64,000 nucleotides of DNA from Desulfuromonas sp. (GCF_002868845.1 NZ_PKUB01000018.1:45807-109806); one strand, 5' to 3'. Positions 19,428 to 31,891 are shown, numbered from the stretch's first letter. Numbers and translations: made by a program. Notes: generated by a model not told the origin, from the letters alone.

Positions 19428-22400
19428 ATGAGAAATCCCATGCACTATTGGATGCGAACTTGCGTTGTCTTCTTGATGATTCTGTCGGGCTCCGTTTTTA
19501 CTGCCGCTGATGCAAGCGCGTCTTTGCTTTGCGACCGGACCTACGGAACATCCGGGGTCGATGCAAACCCGGGAAGCAATAACTCCGTGGTCGCTGGCCA
19601 TGAACGGTACGGGGCGGCGACGGCACAGCTTGACCTAAACACGAGCGCGGGCCGGTCGGAAGAGGGGCCGAGGGAGCTGGTTTTTATCGAGGGGGACGTC
19701 GCCGACTACCCGAGTCTGGTAGAAGGAAGGGCCCCTGGAAAAGAGTATTTCATCCTCAATCCGACCCTACCAGGTCTTGAGCAGGTCGCGAAGATCCTGG
19801 AGGGGAAAAGCGGCATCCGCACCCTTCACCTCGTCACCCACGGTTCGGAAGGGGGCATCCACCTGGGGACAGAAACCCTGACCGAAAAGAACCTCTTTGG
19901 ACACTCTGCCGCGCTGGAGGCTGTTGGCCGTGCCTTAGGCGGGGACGCCGAGATTCTGCTCTATGGCTGCAACGTGGCGAGGGGCGCGCGCGGTGCGTCC
20001 TTTGTCTCGGCACTGGCCGAGGCGACCGGTGCAACCGTCGCGGCTTCGACCGACATCACCGGATCCCGGGACGGGGGGGGCGATAGCGTACTGGAATTCT
20101 CCACCGGCAGGGTCACGAGTGAGGTGCTCGCTGGTCTGAGCCGTTATTCCCACACCCTGGTTGCATCCACCACGACCTATACCTTCGACTCCGATAAGGA
20201 GGGCTGGACGGGTGATCGTTTTGGGTGGTGGGATGGTGCTATCTCTGCCCCCACAAACTCCCCTATCATCAACCTTGCCCCCCCGGCAGCGGCCTACATT
20301 CAGAGCCTTCAGATTCGCTCTTATCTGGGTACCGGGAATAACTTTACACTGCGGGTCTCTTACCAAGGCAGCGTGGTCTACTCGACCACAATCACGTACA
20401 CACAAACCGCTTATTCCACTTTGACGATCAACCAGAATGTCGATCGTTTGGAATTTGAAATTTCGGGAGCCGGCAATGGGTGGATGTACCCGGAAATCGA
20501 TAATGTCGTCACGCAAGGCGTAGTAAATCTCAACGCCCCCCCGACGGCCGCCAACAACACCGTCTACCCCCTCGCGGGGGAGGGCTTTGGCTTCAATGCG
20601 TCCCATTTCGGGTACCAAGACGCCGACGGCGACCCCCTGGCCAAGGTGACCATCGTCACCGTGCCGGCTGCAGGGACTTTGGTGATACCCGCTGAAGGTG
20701 GGAGGGAGAGAACCCTTACCAATGGCGCGACAGTCACCAAGGAGGAACTCGCCGCCGGCAGCCTGAGATACACCCCGAGCGGGAGCACCGACTCCTCCTT
20801 CACCTTCAAGGTCAACGACGGCACCGACGACAGCGTCGCCACCTATACCATGACCCTTGACGTCGTCTCCGCCCCGAAGATCACCGGGGTCTCCTCGACG
20901 ACTGCCGACGGCACCTATAAGGCCGGCGACACGGTGGCGGTGACCGTCACCTTCGACCAGGCGGTCACCGTGACCGGGGCGCCCCAGCTGACCCTGGAGA
21001 CCGGCGCCACCGACGCGGTCGTGAACTACGCCTCCGGCTCGGGGGCGAACACCCTGACCTTCAATTACACCGTTGCGGCGGGCCACGCCAGTGTTGATCT
21101 CGACTACACCGGAACCGCCGCCCTCGCCCTCAACGCCGGCACCATCAGGGGGGAAGGCAACATCGACGCGGTCCTGACCCTTGCCTCCCCGGGGGCCTCG
21201 GGCTCCCTCGGGGCCGGCAAGGCGATCGTGATCGACGGCGTCAAGCCCACCGTTTCCTCGGTCAGCGTCCCCGCCGCCGGCACCTACGGCGTCTTCGACA
21301 CCCTCGACTTCACCGTCACCTTCGGCGAGCCGGTCACCGTTAGCGGGACGGCCTCGAAACTCGGGCTGACCGTGGGCAGCATTTCCAAGGAGGCGTCTTA
21401 CCTGTCGAGCGAAGGTGCCTCGGTGGTCTACCGGTACACGGTGCAGGACGGCGACGACGACGGGGACGGCATCTCCGTAGGGGCCCTCGCCCTGAACCAC
21501 GGCTCCATCGTGGATGGGGCCGGCAACGCCGCCGATCTGACCCTGAACAGCGTCGGCGACACCTCCGGGGTCCTCGTGGGCAGCGCCTCCATCGGCGACC
21601 TCGTCTGGAACGACTCGAACGGCAACGGAGCGCGGGACGGCGGCGAAACCGGCATCGACGGCGTCACGATAGACCTCATCGCTGATGCCAACGAAAACGG
21701 GCGAATTGACGGCGGAGAATCTGCCGTGGATACTGCGACCACCGCCGTCGGCGGGGCCTACGACTTTACCAATCTCCCCGCCGGCAAATACGTCGTCGAC
21801 GTTACCGACACCGAGGGCGTCCTCGACGGCTACAATGTGACTACCGACAACGACCCCCTGGCCGTGACCCTGGCCTCCGGTGAGGATTCCAACGTCGCCG
21901 ACTTCGGCTACAAACCGGCCGACTCCACCGCCCCGACCCTGGCCGAGGTGACCAAGGTGGACACCCCGACAAAGAACACCACCCCTTCGTACACCTTCAG
22001 CACCGACGAGGCCGGCACCCTCGCCGTCGGCGGCAGCTGCGGCACCAGCAGCAGCACCTCCGTTGCCGCGGGGAACGTTACCGTCACCCTGACCAAACCC
22101 GATAACCACAGCGCCTTGGCCGACGGGAGCTACGACGACTGCACCTTGAAGGTCACCGACGCTGCGAACAATTCCAGCGAGGCCCTCGCCATTTCGACCT
22201 TCACCATCGACACCAAGGCCCCGACGGCGAGCATCGGTGCGCCCGACGTTCAGCTCACCCGTGGCGGGCCGGTCAGCTACACCGTCACCTACGCAGGGGC
22301 CGACAGCGTCTCGCTGGCCGCCGGCGACGTCACCCTGTCCACCACGGGGACGGCCAGCGGCTCCGTCGAGGTCTCCGGCACAGGTACACAGAGCCGAACC

Positions 22401-25400
22401 GTGAAGATCACCTCCGTTACCGGAAGCGGCACCCTCGGGATCAGCCTCGCCGCCGACACCGCGGCCGACGCGGCCGGCAACAGCGCTGCGGCCGCCGGCC
22501 CGAGCGCCACCGTATTCGTGGACAACGCCGCGCCGGCGATCCAGAGCGCGACTTTCGACAGCGATTACATCAACGCCGCCGGCGCCGCCGCGGTCAGCTT
22601 CACCCTCGGCGCCGCCGAGGTGGAGGCCGACTACAGCTACACCATCACCTCCGGCGACTGCGGCAGCAACGTCCAATCCAGCCTTCCCCTCGAAGGCCTG
22701 CCGAACTGCCAGGTCAGCGGCGCCGGCACTGTGACCTCGGGGACTCTTCAGGTCGGGTCGATCGACGTGAGCGGCCTGGCCGACGGCACCCTGACCCTGA
22801 GCGGGACCCTGACCGACAAGGCGGGCAACAGCGCCGACCCGGTCACCGACACGGCGATCAAGGACACCGTCGCCCCGGGCGTTTTCTCCGTGGCGATCGA
22901 TCAGGAGCGCATCAACGCTGCCAACGCCAAGGCGATGAGTTTCACCTTTGGCGGGGCCGAGGTCGACACGACCTATGTATATACGGTTGAATCTGACAAA
23001 GGCGGAAAACCGGTAATTGGAAAGGGCCCTTTGAAAAGCGCCGACCAAACACTCGGTTCCATCGACGTGAGCGGTCTGAGCGACGGCACCCTGACCCTGG
23101 TCGTGATCCTGGCCGATGCGGCCGGCAACGTGAGCAAGAAGGCCGTCACCGAAGTCATCAAGGACGCCAGTGCCCCGGGCATGAAAGGGGTCACCATCGA
23201 CCAGCAGCTGATCAACGCGGCCACGAGCCGCGCCCTGAGCTTCACCCTCAGCGGGGCTGAGGTGGGGGCCAGCTTCGACTACACCATGACATCCAGCGGC
23301 TGCGGGAACAACGCGCTGACCAGCACCCACCAACCCCAACCGGCCTGCGGCGACGTCTTCGGCAGCGGCACGGTGTCGATGTCCCCGCAGAAGGTCGCTC
23401 AGGTCGACGTGAGCGGCCTTCCCGATGGCACCCTGACCCTGACCGTCACCCTGGCGGACAAGTTCGGCAACAAGAGCAAGCCGTATACCGGCCAGGTCGA
23501 AAAGGACGCCTCCGCGCCCGGCCAGCACTCGGTGGCGATCGACCAGCAGACGATCAACGCCGGCAACTCCACGATGATGTCTTTCACCTTCAGCAGCGCC
23601 GAGGTGGGCGCTATCTACAGCTATACGGTCACCTCCGGCGGCAGTTCGAACAAAACCCCGGCCCATCTAGCCAACGCCCCTGCTCCGGTCGTTAGCGGGA
23701 AGGGCACGGTCCAGGGAGCCACCGAGACCATAAAGGGGATCGACGTGTCCCAATTGGCCGACGGCACTCTGACCCTAAGCGTGACCCTCTCCGACAAGGC
23801 GGACAATGTCGCCGCCCCGGTCACCGACACGGCGACAAAAGACACCGTTGCTCCCGATGCCCCTTCGGTCCCCGACCTGGTGCAGGATAGCGACACCGGC
23901 GCTTCGAACGCTGACGACGTGACCGCCGACAACACCCCCACCTTCAGCGGCACCGCCGAACCGGGTGCCACGGTGTCTGTCCATTTCGTGCTTCAGGCAA
24001 ACAATGCCCCCATCCAGCATGGCGGTCCCGTTCCGTTCAAGCTGCAGCCCACGACCGTCGCCGACGGCGACGGGGAATGGACCCTGACTCTTTCCGAGCA
24101 GGCCGGCGGCGACTACGCGGTTTACGCCACCGCCGTCGACACCGCAGGCAATGGGAGCAACGAGTCGAAGTCGATCAGCGTGACCATCGACACGACCTCG
24201 CCGGAGCAGCCCGCCGGGGCTCTCAGCGTCGCCGAGAACGCGGCCAAGGGAACGGCTGTCGGCACCGTGACCGCCAAAGAGGCCTTGGGCTTCTCCCTCG
24301 CGGACGACGCCGATGGGCGCTTCGCCATCGACTCTGCCGGTTCGGTCACCGTCGTCGACGATAACAAGCTCGACTACGAGACGAGCACGAGCCACGACAT
24401 CACCGTCGTCGCCTCCGACCTTGCCGGCAACCAGAGCAAGGCCGTCCTGAGCGTCACCGTGACCAACGTCAACGAGGCCCCGACCCTCGAAACGGAGATC
24501 CCCGACCAGCCTGCGGTCGAGGACCAGAAGTTCCATTTCGCGGTTCCGCAAGGGACCTTCGCCGACGAGGACGCCGGGGACAGCCTGACCCTGAGCGCAA
24601 CCCTGGCCGATGGCGGGGCACTGCCGGCGTGGCTCGGTTTCGCTCACGACGCCTTCAGCGGCACCCCGGGCAACGACGAGGTCGGGGTTCTGGAGATCAA
24701 GGTGACCGGCACTGACGGCCGCAGCGCCTCGGTCTCCGATACCTTCAAGATCACCGTGGCCAACGTCAATGACGCCCCGACCGTGGCCATGCCGATCTCC
24801 GACCAGCCGGCGAACGAAGACGAGAAGTTTAACTTCGCCGTTCCGCAGGGGACCTTCGCCGACGTGGACGCCGGTGACAGCCTGACCTTGAGCGCCACCC
24901 TGGCCGATGGCGGGGCGCTGCCGGCGTGGCTCGCTTTCGAGCAGAACACCTTCAGCGGCACCCCGGCCAACGACGACGTCGGCATCCTGGCGGTCAAGGT
25001 GACCGCCACCGACGGCAACAGCGCTTCGGTTTCCGATACCTTCGAGATTACCGTGGCGAACGTCAACGATGCCCCGACCGTGGCGGCGCCGATTCCCGAC
25101 ATGCCGGCCATCGAGGATGAGCGTTTCTCCTTCATCGTGCCCGCCGGGACCTTCGCAGACGATGACGAAGGCGATACCCTGACCCTGAACTCTGCCCTGG
25201 CCGACGGCTCGGCGCTGCCTGCGTGGCTTGGTTTCGCTAACGGCACCTTTAGCGGTACCCCGACCAACGACGATGTCGGGGCCCTGGAGGTGAAGGTGAG
25301 TGCCACCGACGGCAGCAATGCCTCGGTCTCCGACACCTTCGTGATCACCGTGGCCAACGTCAACGACGCCCCCATCGTGGCGACACCGATCGCCGACCAA

Positions 25401-27734
25401 CCGGCGACCGAGGACGAGCCTTTCGCCTTCGCCGTGCCGGAGGGGACCTTCGCCGACGAGGACGAAGGCGACAGCCTGACCCTGGTGGCCACCCTGGCCG
25501 ACGGTTCGGCGCTGCCGGCGTGGCTGGCTTTCGAACAGAACACCTTTACCGGCACCCCTACAAACGACGACGTCGGCATCCTGGAGGTCAAGGTGACCGC
25601 CACCGACGGCAACAGCGCTTCGGTTTCCGATACCTTCGAGATTACCGTGGCGAATGTCAACGACGCCCCGACCGTGGAGACGGAAATCCCTGACCTGCCG
25701 GCGACCGAGGACGAGCCCTTTGTCTTCACCGTGCCGGCCGGGTCCTTTGCCGACGTGGACGAAGGAGACACCCTGATACTGGACGCCACCCTGGCCGACG
25801 GTTCAGCGCTGCCGGCGTGGCTGGCCTTCGAACAGAACACCTTTACCGGCACCCCTACAAACGACGACGTCGCCATCCTGGAGGTCAAGGTGACCGCCAC
25901 CGACGGGGAGGGCGCCACGGTCTCCGACACCTTCGTCATTACCGTGATCAACGTCAACGACCCGCCGGTCGCTGGGGACGACACGGTCTCCACCAGGGAG
26001 GACAACAGCGTGACCTTCTCGCCCCTGGGTAACGACGGCGACGTGGACAGCGCCGTTCTGACCGTGGCGAGTGTTTCCAAGGCGGCCCACGGCAGTGTCA
26101 GCATGGGTCAGGACGGAACCGTTACCTACGCCCCTGTTGCAAACTATAACGGCCCGGACAGCTTCTCCTACACCGTCAGCGACGGGAAGGCGACCGACAG
26201 CGCCACGGTGAGCGTCACCGTCACCGCGGTCAACGACCGGCCGGTGATCACCGGGCAGGCCTTCGAACTCAGCGTCGCCCAAGGGGGCAGCCTCACCCTG
26301 GCCGTCACCGACCTGCTTGTGACGGACCCCGACGACACTGCCTTCACCCTCGGGGTGCGCGACGGCCTGCGCTACAGCGTCAACGGCACGACCGTGACCG
26401 CCGCAGCCGGCGCCAAAGGAACCCTGACAGTCCCGGTGGCGGTCCACGACGGCACTACCGCCAGCGAATTCTTCGCCGTCACCCTCATCGTCACCGACGG
26501 CACCGCCCCGACGGTCACTGCCGACCCGGCAGGCGGGCTCTTCAAGGACGATGTGAGCGTGATCCTGTCGGCCGAGGACAACGAGGATGCCAACCCGACC
26601 ATCACCTACAGCCTCGACGGGGGCGCCCCGGCGACTCCCTATGACGGCGGCGCCATCCATATCGAGGAGAGCCTGACCCTGCGCTTCGCTGCCGAGGACG
26701 CCGACGGCAACCGCAGCGCGACGGCCGAGGCGGCCTTCACCATCGACCTTGAGGCGCCGGTCATCGTCCTGTCCACCCTGGCCGATGGCAGCGTCACCGC
26801 CGAAGAGGTCCTCAACGTCTCCGGCACCGTCACCGACGATGTCGGCGTGAAGGGCCTGACCGTCAACGAGCAGGAGGTTCTCCTCGGCTCCGACGGCAGC
26901 TTCAGCGCCGCGGTCGCCCTCGAGGAGGGGGCCAACAGCGTCACCGCCCTGGCCACCGATCAGGTCGGGCGACAGGCGAGCCAGACCTTCAGCGTGACCC
27001 GGGACGCCAAGGCCCCCCAACTGACCGTTACCGCTCCGGCCGATGGCAGCGTGGTCGACAGGGAGCTGGTCACGGTGAGCGGAAGCGCCGATGAGGGCGC
27101 GACCGTGACCGTCGCACTCAACGGCGGGGACGCCGAGCAGGCCGTGAGGGTCGGGGACAAGTTCTCCGCGACTGTCACCCTGCAGCCCGGCATGAACACC
27201 ATCTCCGTGGCCGCCCAAGCCAAGGGCAAGACGAGCAGCGCCAAGCGTTCGGTCACCCTGGGCGAAAAGCAGCTCAGCCTGGCGATCACCGACCCGGCCA
27301 AGGACGGAGCGGTCTACCGCAAGAGCATGACCCTGAAGGGGACCGTGAATAGTTCCGACCCGGAGAAGGTGACAGTCACCGTCGGCGAGACGACCCATTC
27401 CCCGAAACTCAGCGAGAGCGGCGCCTTCGAACAGGAGTTGACCTTCCCGAAGGCCGGAACCTTCTCCGTGATCGTTACCGCCACGGACGCCTCGGGAGAG
27501 ACCGTCAGCGCGGTGCGCAACGTCATCTACGACCCGCCGATCCTCATGGACGTCAACGGGGACGGAAAGGTCACCCCGCTGGACGTGCTGCTCGTGATCA
27601 ACTTCCTCAACAATAACGGATCCTCTCCGACCCCGAAGGCGTTTGCCGCAGGGGATGTCAACCACGACGGTTACATCACCGCCATTGACGCCCTGATGAT
27701 CATCAATCACCTCAACTCCGGGTCAGGTGGTTAA
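19428..27734 (+). CDS. giant secreted multi-repeat adhesin-like protein (DUF4347 + Ig-like + SdrD/Cna-B-like + cadherin-like repeats + C-terminal dockerin-type module)
   Basis: Signal peptide [32 protein letters not shown] 19416 and ATG 19440/19452 are alternative starts. The track start at 18912 is rejected because that stretch contains two terminators and the riboswitch. Domain content is read from the translation (see sub-features). Length is 2,768 aa from ATG 19428. Confidence 0.9.
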   Translation: MRNPMHYWMRTCVVFLMILSGSVFTAADASASLLCDRTYGTSGVDANPGSNNSVVAGHERYGAATAQLDLNTSAGRSEEGPRELVFIEGDVADYPSLVEGRAPGKEYFILNPTLPGLEQVAKILEGKSGIRTLHLVTHGSEGGIHLGTETLTEKNLFGHSAALEAVGRALGGDAEILLYGCNVARGARGASFVSALAEATGATVAASTDITGSRDGGGDSVLEFSTGRVTSEVLAGLSRYSHTLVASTTTYTFDSDKEGWTGDRFGWWDGAISAPTNSPIINLAPPAAAYIQSLQIRSYLGTGNNFTLRVSYQGSVVYSTTITYTQTAYSTLTINQNVDRLEFEISGAGNGWMYPEIDNVVTQGVVNLNAPPTAANNTVYPLAGEGFGFNASHFGYQDADGDPLAKVTIVTVPAAGTLVIPAEGGRERTLTNGATVTKEELAAGSLRYTPSGSTDSSFTFKVNDGTDDSVATYTMTLDVVSAPKITGVSSTTADGTYKAGDTVAVTVTFDQAVTVTGAPQLTLETGATDAVVNYASGSGANTLTFNYTVAAGHASVDLDYTGTAALALNAGTIRGEGNIDAVLTLASPGASGSLGAGKAIVIDGVKPTVSSVSVPAAGTYGVFDTLDFTVTFGEPVTVSGTASKLGLTVGSISKEASYLSSEGASVVYRYTVQDGDDDGDGISVGALALNHGSIVDGAGNAADLTLNSVGDTSGVLVGSASIGDLVWNDSNGNGARDGGETGIDGVTIDLIADANENGRIDGGESAVDTATTAVGGAYDFTNLPAGKYVVDVTDTEGVLDGYNVTTDNDPLAVTLASGEDSNVADFGYKPADSTAPTLAEVTKVDTPTKNTTPSYTFSTDEAGTLAVGGSCGTSSSTSVAAGNVTVTLTKPDNHSALADGSYDDCTLKVTDAANNSSEALAISTFTIDTKAPTASIGAPDVQLTRGGPVSYTVTYAGADSVSLAAGDVTLSTTGTASGSVEVSGTGTQSRTVKITSVTGSGTLGISLAADTAADAAGNSAAAAGPSATVFVDNAAPAIQSATFDSDYINAAGAAAVSFTLGAAEVEADYSYTITSGDCGSNVQSSLPLEGLPNCQVSGAGTVTSGTLQVGSIDVSGLADGTLTLSGTLTDKAGNSADPVTDTAIKDTVAPGVFSVAIDQERINAANAKAMSFTFGGAEVDTTYVYTVESDKGGKPVIGKGPLKSADQTLGSIDVSGLSDGTLTLVVILADAAGNVSKKAVTEVIKDASAPGMKGVTIDQQLINAATSRALSFTLSGAEVGASFDYTMTSSGCGNNALTSTHQPQPACGDVFGSGTVSMSPQKVAQVDVSGLPDGTLTLTVTLADKFGNKSKPYTGQVEKDASAPGQHSVAIDQQTINAGNSTMMSFTFSSAEVGAIYSYTVTSGGSSNKTPAHLANAPAPVVSGKGTVQGATETIKGIDVSQLADGTLTLSVTLSDKADNVAAPVTDTATKDTVAPDAPSVPDLVQDSDTGASNADDVTADNTPTFSGTAEPGATVSVHFVLQANNAPIQHGGPVPFKLQPTTVADGDGEWTLTLSEQAGGDYAVYATAVDTAGNGSNESKSISVTIDTTSPEQPAGALSVAENAAKGTAVGTVTAKEALGFSLADDADGRFAIDSAGSVTVVDDNKLDYETSTSHDITVVASDLAGNQSKAVLSVTVTNVNEAPTLETEIPDQPAVEDQKFHFAVPQGTFADEDAGDSLTLSATLADGGALPAWLGFAHDAFSGTPGNDEVGVLEIKVTGTDGRSASVSDTFKITVANVNDAPTVAMPISDQPANEDEKFNFAVPQGTFADVDAGDSLTLSATLADGGALPAWLAFEQNTFSGTPANDDVGILAVKVTATDGNSASVSDTFEITVANVNDAPTVAAPIPDMPAIEDERFSFIVPAGTFADDDEGDTLTLNSALADGSALPAWLGFANGTFSGTPTNDDVGALEVKVSATDGSNASVSDTFVITVANVNDAPIVATPIADQPATEDEPFAFAVPEGTFADEDEGDSLTLVATLADGSALPAWLAFEQNTFTGTPTNDDVGILEVKVTATDGNSASVSDTFEITVANVNDAPTVETEIPDLPATEDEPFVFTVPAGSFADVDEGDTLILDATLADGSALPAWLAFEQNTFTGTPTNDDVAILEVKVTATDGEGATVSDTFVITVINVNDPPVAGDDTVSTREDNSVTFSPLGNDGDVDSAVLTVASVSKAAHGSVSMGQDGTVTYAPVANYNGPDSFSYTVSDGKATDSATVSVTVTAVNDRPVITGQAFELSVAQGGSLTLAVTDLLVTDPDDTAFTLGVRDGLRYSVNGTTVTAAAGAKGTLTVPVAVHDGTTASEFFAVTLIVTDGTAPTVTADPAGGLFKDDVSVILSAEDNEDANPTITYSLDGGAPATPYDGGAIHIEESLTLRFAAEDADGNRSATAEAAFTIDLEAPVIVLSTLADGSVTAEEVLNVSGTVTDDVGVKGLTVNEQEVLLGSDGSFSAAVALEEGANSVTALATDQVGRQASQTFSVTRDAKAPQLTVTAPADGSVVDRELVTVSGSADEGATVTVALNGGDAEQAVRVGDKFSATVTLQPGMNTISVAAQAKGKTSSAKRSVTLGEKQLSLAITDPAKDGAVYRKSMTLKGTVNSSDPEKVTVTVGETTHSPKLSESGAFEQELTFPKAGTFSVIVTATDASGETVSAVRNVIYDPPILMDVNGDGKVTPLDVLLVINFLNNNGSSPTPKAFAAGDVNHDGYITAIDALMIINHLNSGSGG
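19674..20066 (+). other. DUF4347-like N-terminal module of the giant protein
   Basis: [16 protein letters not shown]....[16 protein letters not shown]....[18 protein letters not shown]...L........L...[37 protein letters not shown] follows the DUF4347 pattern seen at N-termini of very large repetitive proteins. Confidence 0.6.
21591..21915 (+). other. SdrD B-like / Cna-B-type domain
   Basis: [30 protein letters not shown]....NG..D.....[22 protein letters not shown]. Confidence 0.6.
22552..23860 (+). repeat. four tandem ~100-115-aa Ig-like repeats (in-frame, coding)
   Basis: The repeating unit is (V/F)(A/T)IDQ..INA.N...MSFTF..AEV...Y.YT..S...[variable]..G.GTV......[21 protein letters not shown]......T...KD..AP. 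Unit starts are near 22552, 22891, 23190 and 23533. Confidence 0.75.
24465..25970 (+). repeat. five tandem ~297-300-bp dystroglycan-type cadherin-like repeats (in-frame, coding)
   Basis: Each unit reads PI.DQPA.EDE.F.F.VP.GTFAD.D.GD.LTL.ATLADG.ALPAWL.F....[37 protein letters not shown]. The VANVNDAP boundaries lie near 24770, 25060, 25355, 25655 and 25950. Units 2, 4 and 5 share long near-identical DNA stretches. Confidence 0.85.
27549..27731 (+). other. dockerin type I-like duplicated Ca-binding segment (C-terminus of giant protein)
   Basis: [22 protein letters not shown]...(14-aa linker)...[23 protein letters not shown]. There are two DxNxDGxxxxxD loops, each followed by a helix, which is the dockerin repeat architecture. 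Confidence 0.75.
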
Positions 27735-27812
27735 GGGGACCCCTTCGTTCGCTCCGCCCCGTGAGCCGGGGCGGAAAACACAACAGGATCACGGGGGCGT
27801 CCCCGTTGAACG

Positions 27813-29015
27813 ATGCGAAAAGGAATACACCAGATGAGAAACAGAGGACTGAAACAGATCGCGACCCTCCTGCTCCTACTCGGCTTCGGCCTGCTGACCG
27901 CCTGCGGCGGTGGCGGCGGGGGAGGGGATGGCTCCGGCTCTCTCACCGAGGTAGGCGGCACCGTCTCCAAGGGCCCGGTGGCTGGTGCGGCCGTGGCCAT
28001 CTACGCCCTTGACGAGGTGGGAGTGAAGGGCGAGCTGCTCGCCGAGGCGACCACTGACGGTAGCGGCGCATACCTCGCCGATCTCGGCGAGTACGAGGGT
28101 CCGGTCCTTGCCGAGGCGACCGGCGGCAGCTACCTCGACGAGGGGAGCGGCGAGACATTGAGCATCCCGGCGGACGCCTCACTGCGAGCGGTCCACTCGG
28201 CGGCCAGCGGGGTTGTGACCCTGCACGTGAGCGGACTGACCGAGCTGGCGGTGCAGGTCGCCGAGGCCGCAGGCCTCTCCCTCGAGACGATCGCCGCCGC
28301 CTACGATCAGCTCGAAGAGGTCTTCGGCTTCGAGGCCGAGACGACGGCGCCGGTCGCACCCGTCTCCGCCGCCCTGGCCGGTGCCAGTGACGCCGAGGTC
28401 GACTACGCCCTGACCCTGGCGACCCTCTCCCGGCTCGCTTTCGACTGGAACCTGGACTTCGACGCTCTGCTCGCCGAGTTGGCCGATGAACTGGCAGTCG
28501 ACGGGGTCCTGAGCGCCGCGACCCTGGCTGCCTTCGACGCGGCCGCGGCGGCCCTGCTCGACCCGGAGAACCCGGACAACGCCACCGGCCTAGCGGGAAC
28601 GGCCGGCACCGGACTGGCCTCCGTGGGACGCACCCCGGCGACCCTGACCCTCTTCGTCGGGGGGGACCTTCCGGCCGGGAGCATCGGCGCCCTGCAGCTC
28701 AACCTGGTGATTCCGGAAGAGGCCTTCGTCGCTTTGGATGCAGAAGGGGAGGCCGACGTCACCCTCCTCGCTGAGGGGATCGACCCCGATTGGGGCTGGG
28801 GGGCCTTCTGGGACATGGCCGCCGGGACCCTCAATCTGACCTTCCTCAGTTTCGAGGGGTTAGGCTCGGGGGAGCTGGTGACGATCGATCTCGACCTGGT
28901 ACTTGGGGACGAGGTTGCGGCCGAGGATTTCGTCCCCACAAACGTGGTTGCCCTCGATCCCCTCGTTGCCGAACTCGACGATGTCGAATTCGAACTGGAA
29001 CTGGTGACAGAGTAG
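27813..29015 (+). CDS. lipoprotein with Gly-rich linker, CarboxypepD_reg-like N-domain and cohesin-like C-terminal region
   Basis: Signal peptide plus lipobox LLTA|C (Gly at +2), then GGGGGGGDGSGS. GGTVSKGPVAGAAVAIYALD..G.....ATTDGSGAY is a carboxypeptidase-regulatory-like fold pattern. The start is ATG 27813 or ATG 27834. It begins 79-100 nt after the giant gene. Confidence 0.8.
   Translation: MRKGIHQMRNRGLKQIATLLLLLGFGLLTACGGGGGGGDGSGSLTEVGGTVSKGPVAGAAVAIYALDEVGVKGELLAEATTDGSGAYLADLGEYEGPVLAEATGGSYLDEGSGETLSIPADASLRAVHSAASGVVTLHVSGLTELAVQVAEAAGLSLETIAAAYDQLEEVFGFEAETTAPVAPVSAALAGASDAEVDYALTLATLSRLAFDWNLDFDALLAELADELAVDGVLSAATLAAFDAAAAALLDPENPDNATGLAGTAGTGLASVGRTPATLTLFVGGDLPAGSIGALQLNLVIPEEAFVALDAEGEADVTLLAEGIDPDWGWGAFWDMAAGTLNLTFLSFEGLGSGELVTIDLDLVLGDEVAAEDFVPTNVVALDPLVAELDDVEFELELVTE
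28635..29012 (+). other. cohesin-like beta-sandwich candidate (C-terminal ~125 aa of the lipoprotein)
   Basis: PATLTLFVGGDLPAGSIGALQLNLVIPEEAFVALD...GTLNLTFLSFEGLGSGELVTIDLDLVLGD. The alternating hydrophobic beta pattern resembles cohesin blocks (I.a.qf.l.yd / g.i.f.f.....g.G.l..i.f.v). This is a by-eye judgement only. Confidence 0.35.
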
Positions 29016-29050
29016 GAGAGGGGTCGATACCTTTCCGGCACCGAAGTAGC

Positions 29051-29088
29051 GAAGGCCCTCGCCCTGGAGAAGAGGGCCTTCCTCTTTT
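29051..29088 (+). terminator. intrinsic terminator after the lipoprotein gene
   Basis: Stem GAAGGCCCTC (29051-29060) / GAGGGCCTTC (29072-29081), then CTCTTTT. Confidence 0.7.
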
Positions 29089-29190
29089 GTCAGCAGGCAT
29101 AAGGAGGGGCGATAATTTCACTCTTTCGAGTGAAAATGGGTCCTTTTGAGGTAGACTTATAATCCCACGAACGAACGATGCAGAGTCCCC

Positions 29191-29400
29191 ATGGAGCCAA
29201 CTATGTTGAGAAAACTGCTAGGACCGCTGAGCCGTGAGGAGCAGGATCTGGTGCGCTTTTACCGGGCGCTCCCCATGCCGCTGCAGAACGAACTGCTGCA
29301 GCGGGCCGAAGCCAGCCACAATGCCGTCCTGCGCATGAAAGAGCTGATGAGCCGGGACGTGGAGAAGTCCTTTCCCTACGACGAGAACGGGCTGCACTGA
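29191..29400 (+). CDS. hypothetical small protein (69 aa, or 65 aa from ATG 29203)
   Basis: The ORF has host-like high GC3 codon usage. No motif was recognised and no clear RBS is present. Confidence 0.4.
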   Translation: MEPTMLRKLLGPLSREEQDLVRFYRALPMPLQNELLQRAEASHNAVLRMKELMSRDVEKSFPYDENGLH

Positions 29401-29541
29401 TTCTGCCGGCCAGTGGGCCCTTCAGGGACAACGATTTTTCTGGTCGGGGAGTAGAAAACCGGCCGTGTACGGCCCGGCTCGCCCCGTGGGTCAGAAGTGC
29501 CCCAGTTGCTGTCAGTCGGGGCGTTCCCCGCTAAAAAATAT

Positions 29542-29570
29542 TTGACAAACCATTGCTCCCTTCCTATAGT
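29542..29570 (+). promoter_or_regulatory. near-consensus sigma70 promoter upstream of leuB
   Basis: TTGACA (29542-29547), 17-nt spacer, TATAGT (29565-29570), preceded by an A-rich stretch (AAAAAATAT). It lies ~87 nt upstream of the leuB ATG. Confidence 0.65.
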
Positions 29571-29584
29571 GACTTCCGTTTTGA

Positions 29585-30745
<1,161 letters not shown>

Positions 30746-30793
30746 CCCGGCGCTCAGACTTCTCTTATTCCATCGCAGAAAAGGAACATTCGA

Positions 30794-31891
30794 ATGAACG
30801 TCGGACTTGTCGGTTGGCGTGGCATGGTCGGGTCGGTCCTCCTGCAGCGCATGCAGGAGGAGGACGATTTCGCGGGTATCGAGCCCGTCTTCTTCTCTAC
30901 GTCCCAGGCCGGGGATCCCGCCCCGATGAACGCCGGGACTCTCAAGGACGCATCGGACCTGGACGAGCTCAAGAAGCTCGACGTCATCATCACCTGCCAG
31001 GGGGGCGACTACACAAAGTCGGTCCACCCCGAACTGCGCAAGGCCGGCTGGCAGGGGTACTGGATCGATGCGGCCAGCTCCCTGCGCATGGAGCCCGACG
31101 CCGTCATTATCCTTGACCCGGTCAACCGGGGTGTCATCGACGCGGCATTGGCCAAGGGGCAGAAGGACTTCATCGGCGGCAACTGCACCGTCAGCCTCAT
31201 GCTGATGGCTCTCGGCGGGCTGTTCCGCGCCGGGCTGGTGGAGTGGCTCTCCGCCATGACCTACCAGGCGGCCTCGGGAGCCGGCGCTCCAAACATGCGC
31301 GAGCTTCTCTCCCAGATGGGCGTCCTGGAGGGCTCGGTGGCCGGCCTGCTCGCCGACCCGGCCTCGGCCATCCTCGACATCGACCAGAAGGTCACCGCTA
31401 CCCTGCGCGGAGACGCCCTGCCGGCGAAGGAGTTCGGCTTTCCCCTGGCCGGCAGCCTGCTGCCCTGGATCGACCGCGAGGTGGAGGACGGCCAGAGCCG
31501 GGAGGAGTGGAAGGGCTTCGCCGAGACCAACAAGATCCTCGGCGGTGCAAGCCCGATCCCCGTCGACGGGATCTGCGTGCGGGTCGGCGCCATGCGCTGC
31601 CACAGTCAGGCGCTGACGATCAAGCTGACCCGGGACGTGCCGATCGCCGAGATCGAGGCGCTGCTCGCAAACGACAACGACTGGGTCGAGCTGGTCCCCA
31701 ACACCAAGGCCGACACCCTGGCCCGACTCACCCCGACCGCCATCTCGGGAACCCTGTCCGTTCCCGTCGGCAGGGTGCGCAAGATGAAGATGGGGCCGCA
31801 GTACCTTTCGGCCTTTACCTGCGGCGATCAGCTGCTGTGGGGCGCGGCTGAGCCGCTACGGCGCATGCTGCGCATCCTGATGGAAAAATAG
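30794..31891 (+). CDS. asd: aspartate-semialdehyde dehydrogenase, long enterobacterial-type (~365 aa)
   Basis: [33 protein letters not shown]...[10 protein letters not shown]....[18 protein letters not shown]...[11 protein letters not shown]...[15 protein letters not shown]...[17 protein letters not shown]. This closely parallels the E. coli-type Asd as I recall it. Confidence 0.9.
   Translation: MNVGLVGWRGMVGSVLLQRMQEEDDFAGIEPVFFSTSQAGDPAPMNAGTLKDASDLDELKKLDVIITCQGGDYTKSVHPELRKAGWQGYWIDAASSLRMEPDAVIILDPVNRGVIDAALAKGQKDFIGGNCTVSLMLMALGGLFRAGLVEWLSAMTYQAASGAGAPNMRELLSQMGVLEGSVAGLLADPASAILDIDQKVTATLRGDALPAKEFGFPLAGSLLPWIDREVEDGQSREEWKGFAETNKILGGASPIPVDGICVRVGAMRCHSQALTIKLTRDVPIAEIEALLANDNDWVELVPNTKADTLARLTPTAISGTLSVPVGRVRKMKMGPQYLSAFTCGDQLLWGAAEPLRRMLRILMEK

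Noticed and set aside
19935-25400. Very long minus-strand ORFs inside the adhesin gene (1243 aa at 19935..23666, 541 aa at 23775..25400, and others up to 27710)
   Set aside because: These are antisense to a frame with clear domain architecture. Their translations are low-complexity Gly/Arg/Asp/Val-rich strings with no motifs. Long stop-free antisense frames are expected in high-GC coding DNA.
24465-25970. A regular repeat array that could be mistaken for CRISPR or a satellite
   Set aside because: The repeats are ~297-300 bp, contiguous without spacers, in frame, and encode cadherin-like domains. No CRISPR-like 25-40 bp repeat/spacer structure exists anywhere in the window.
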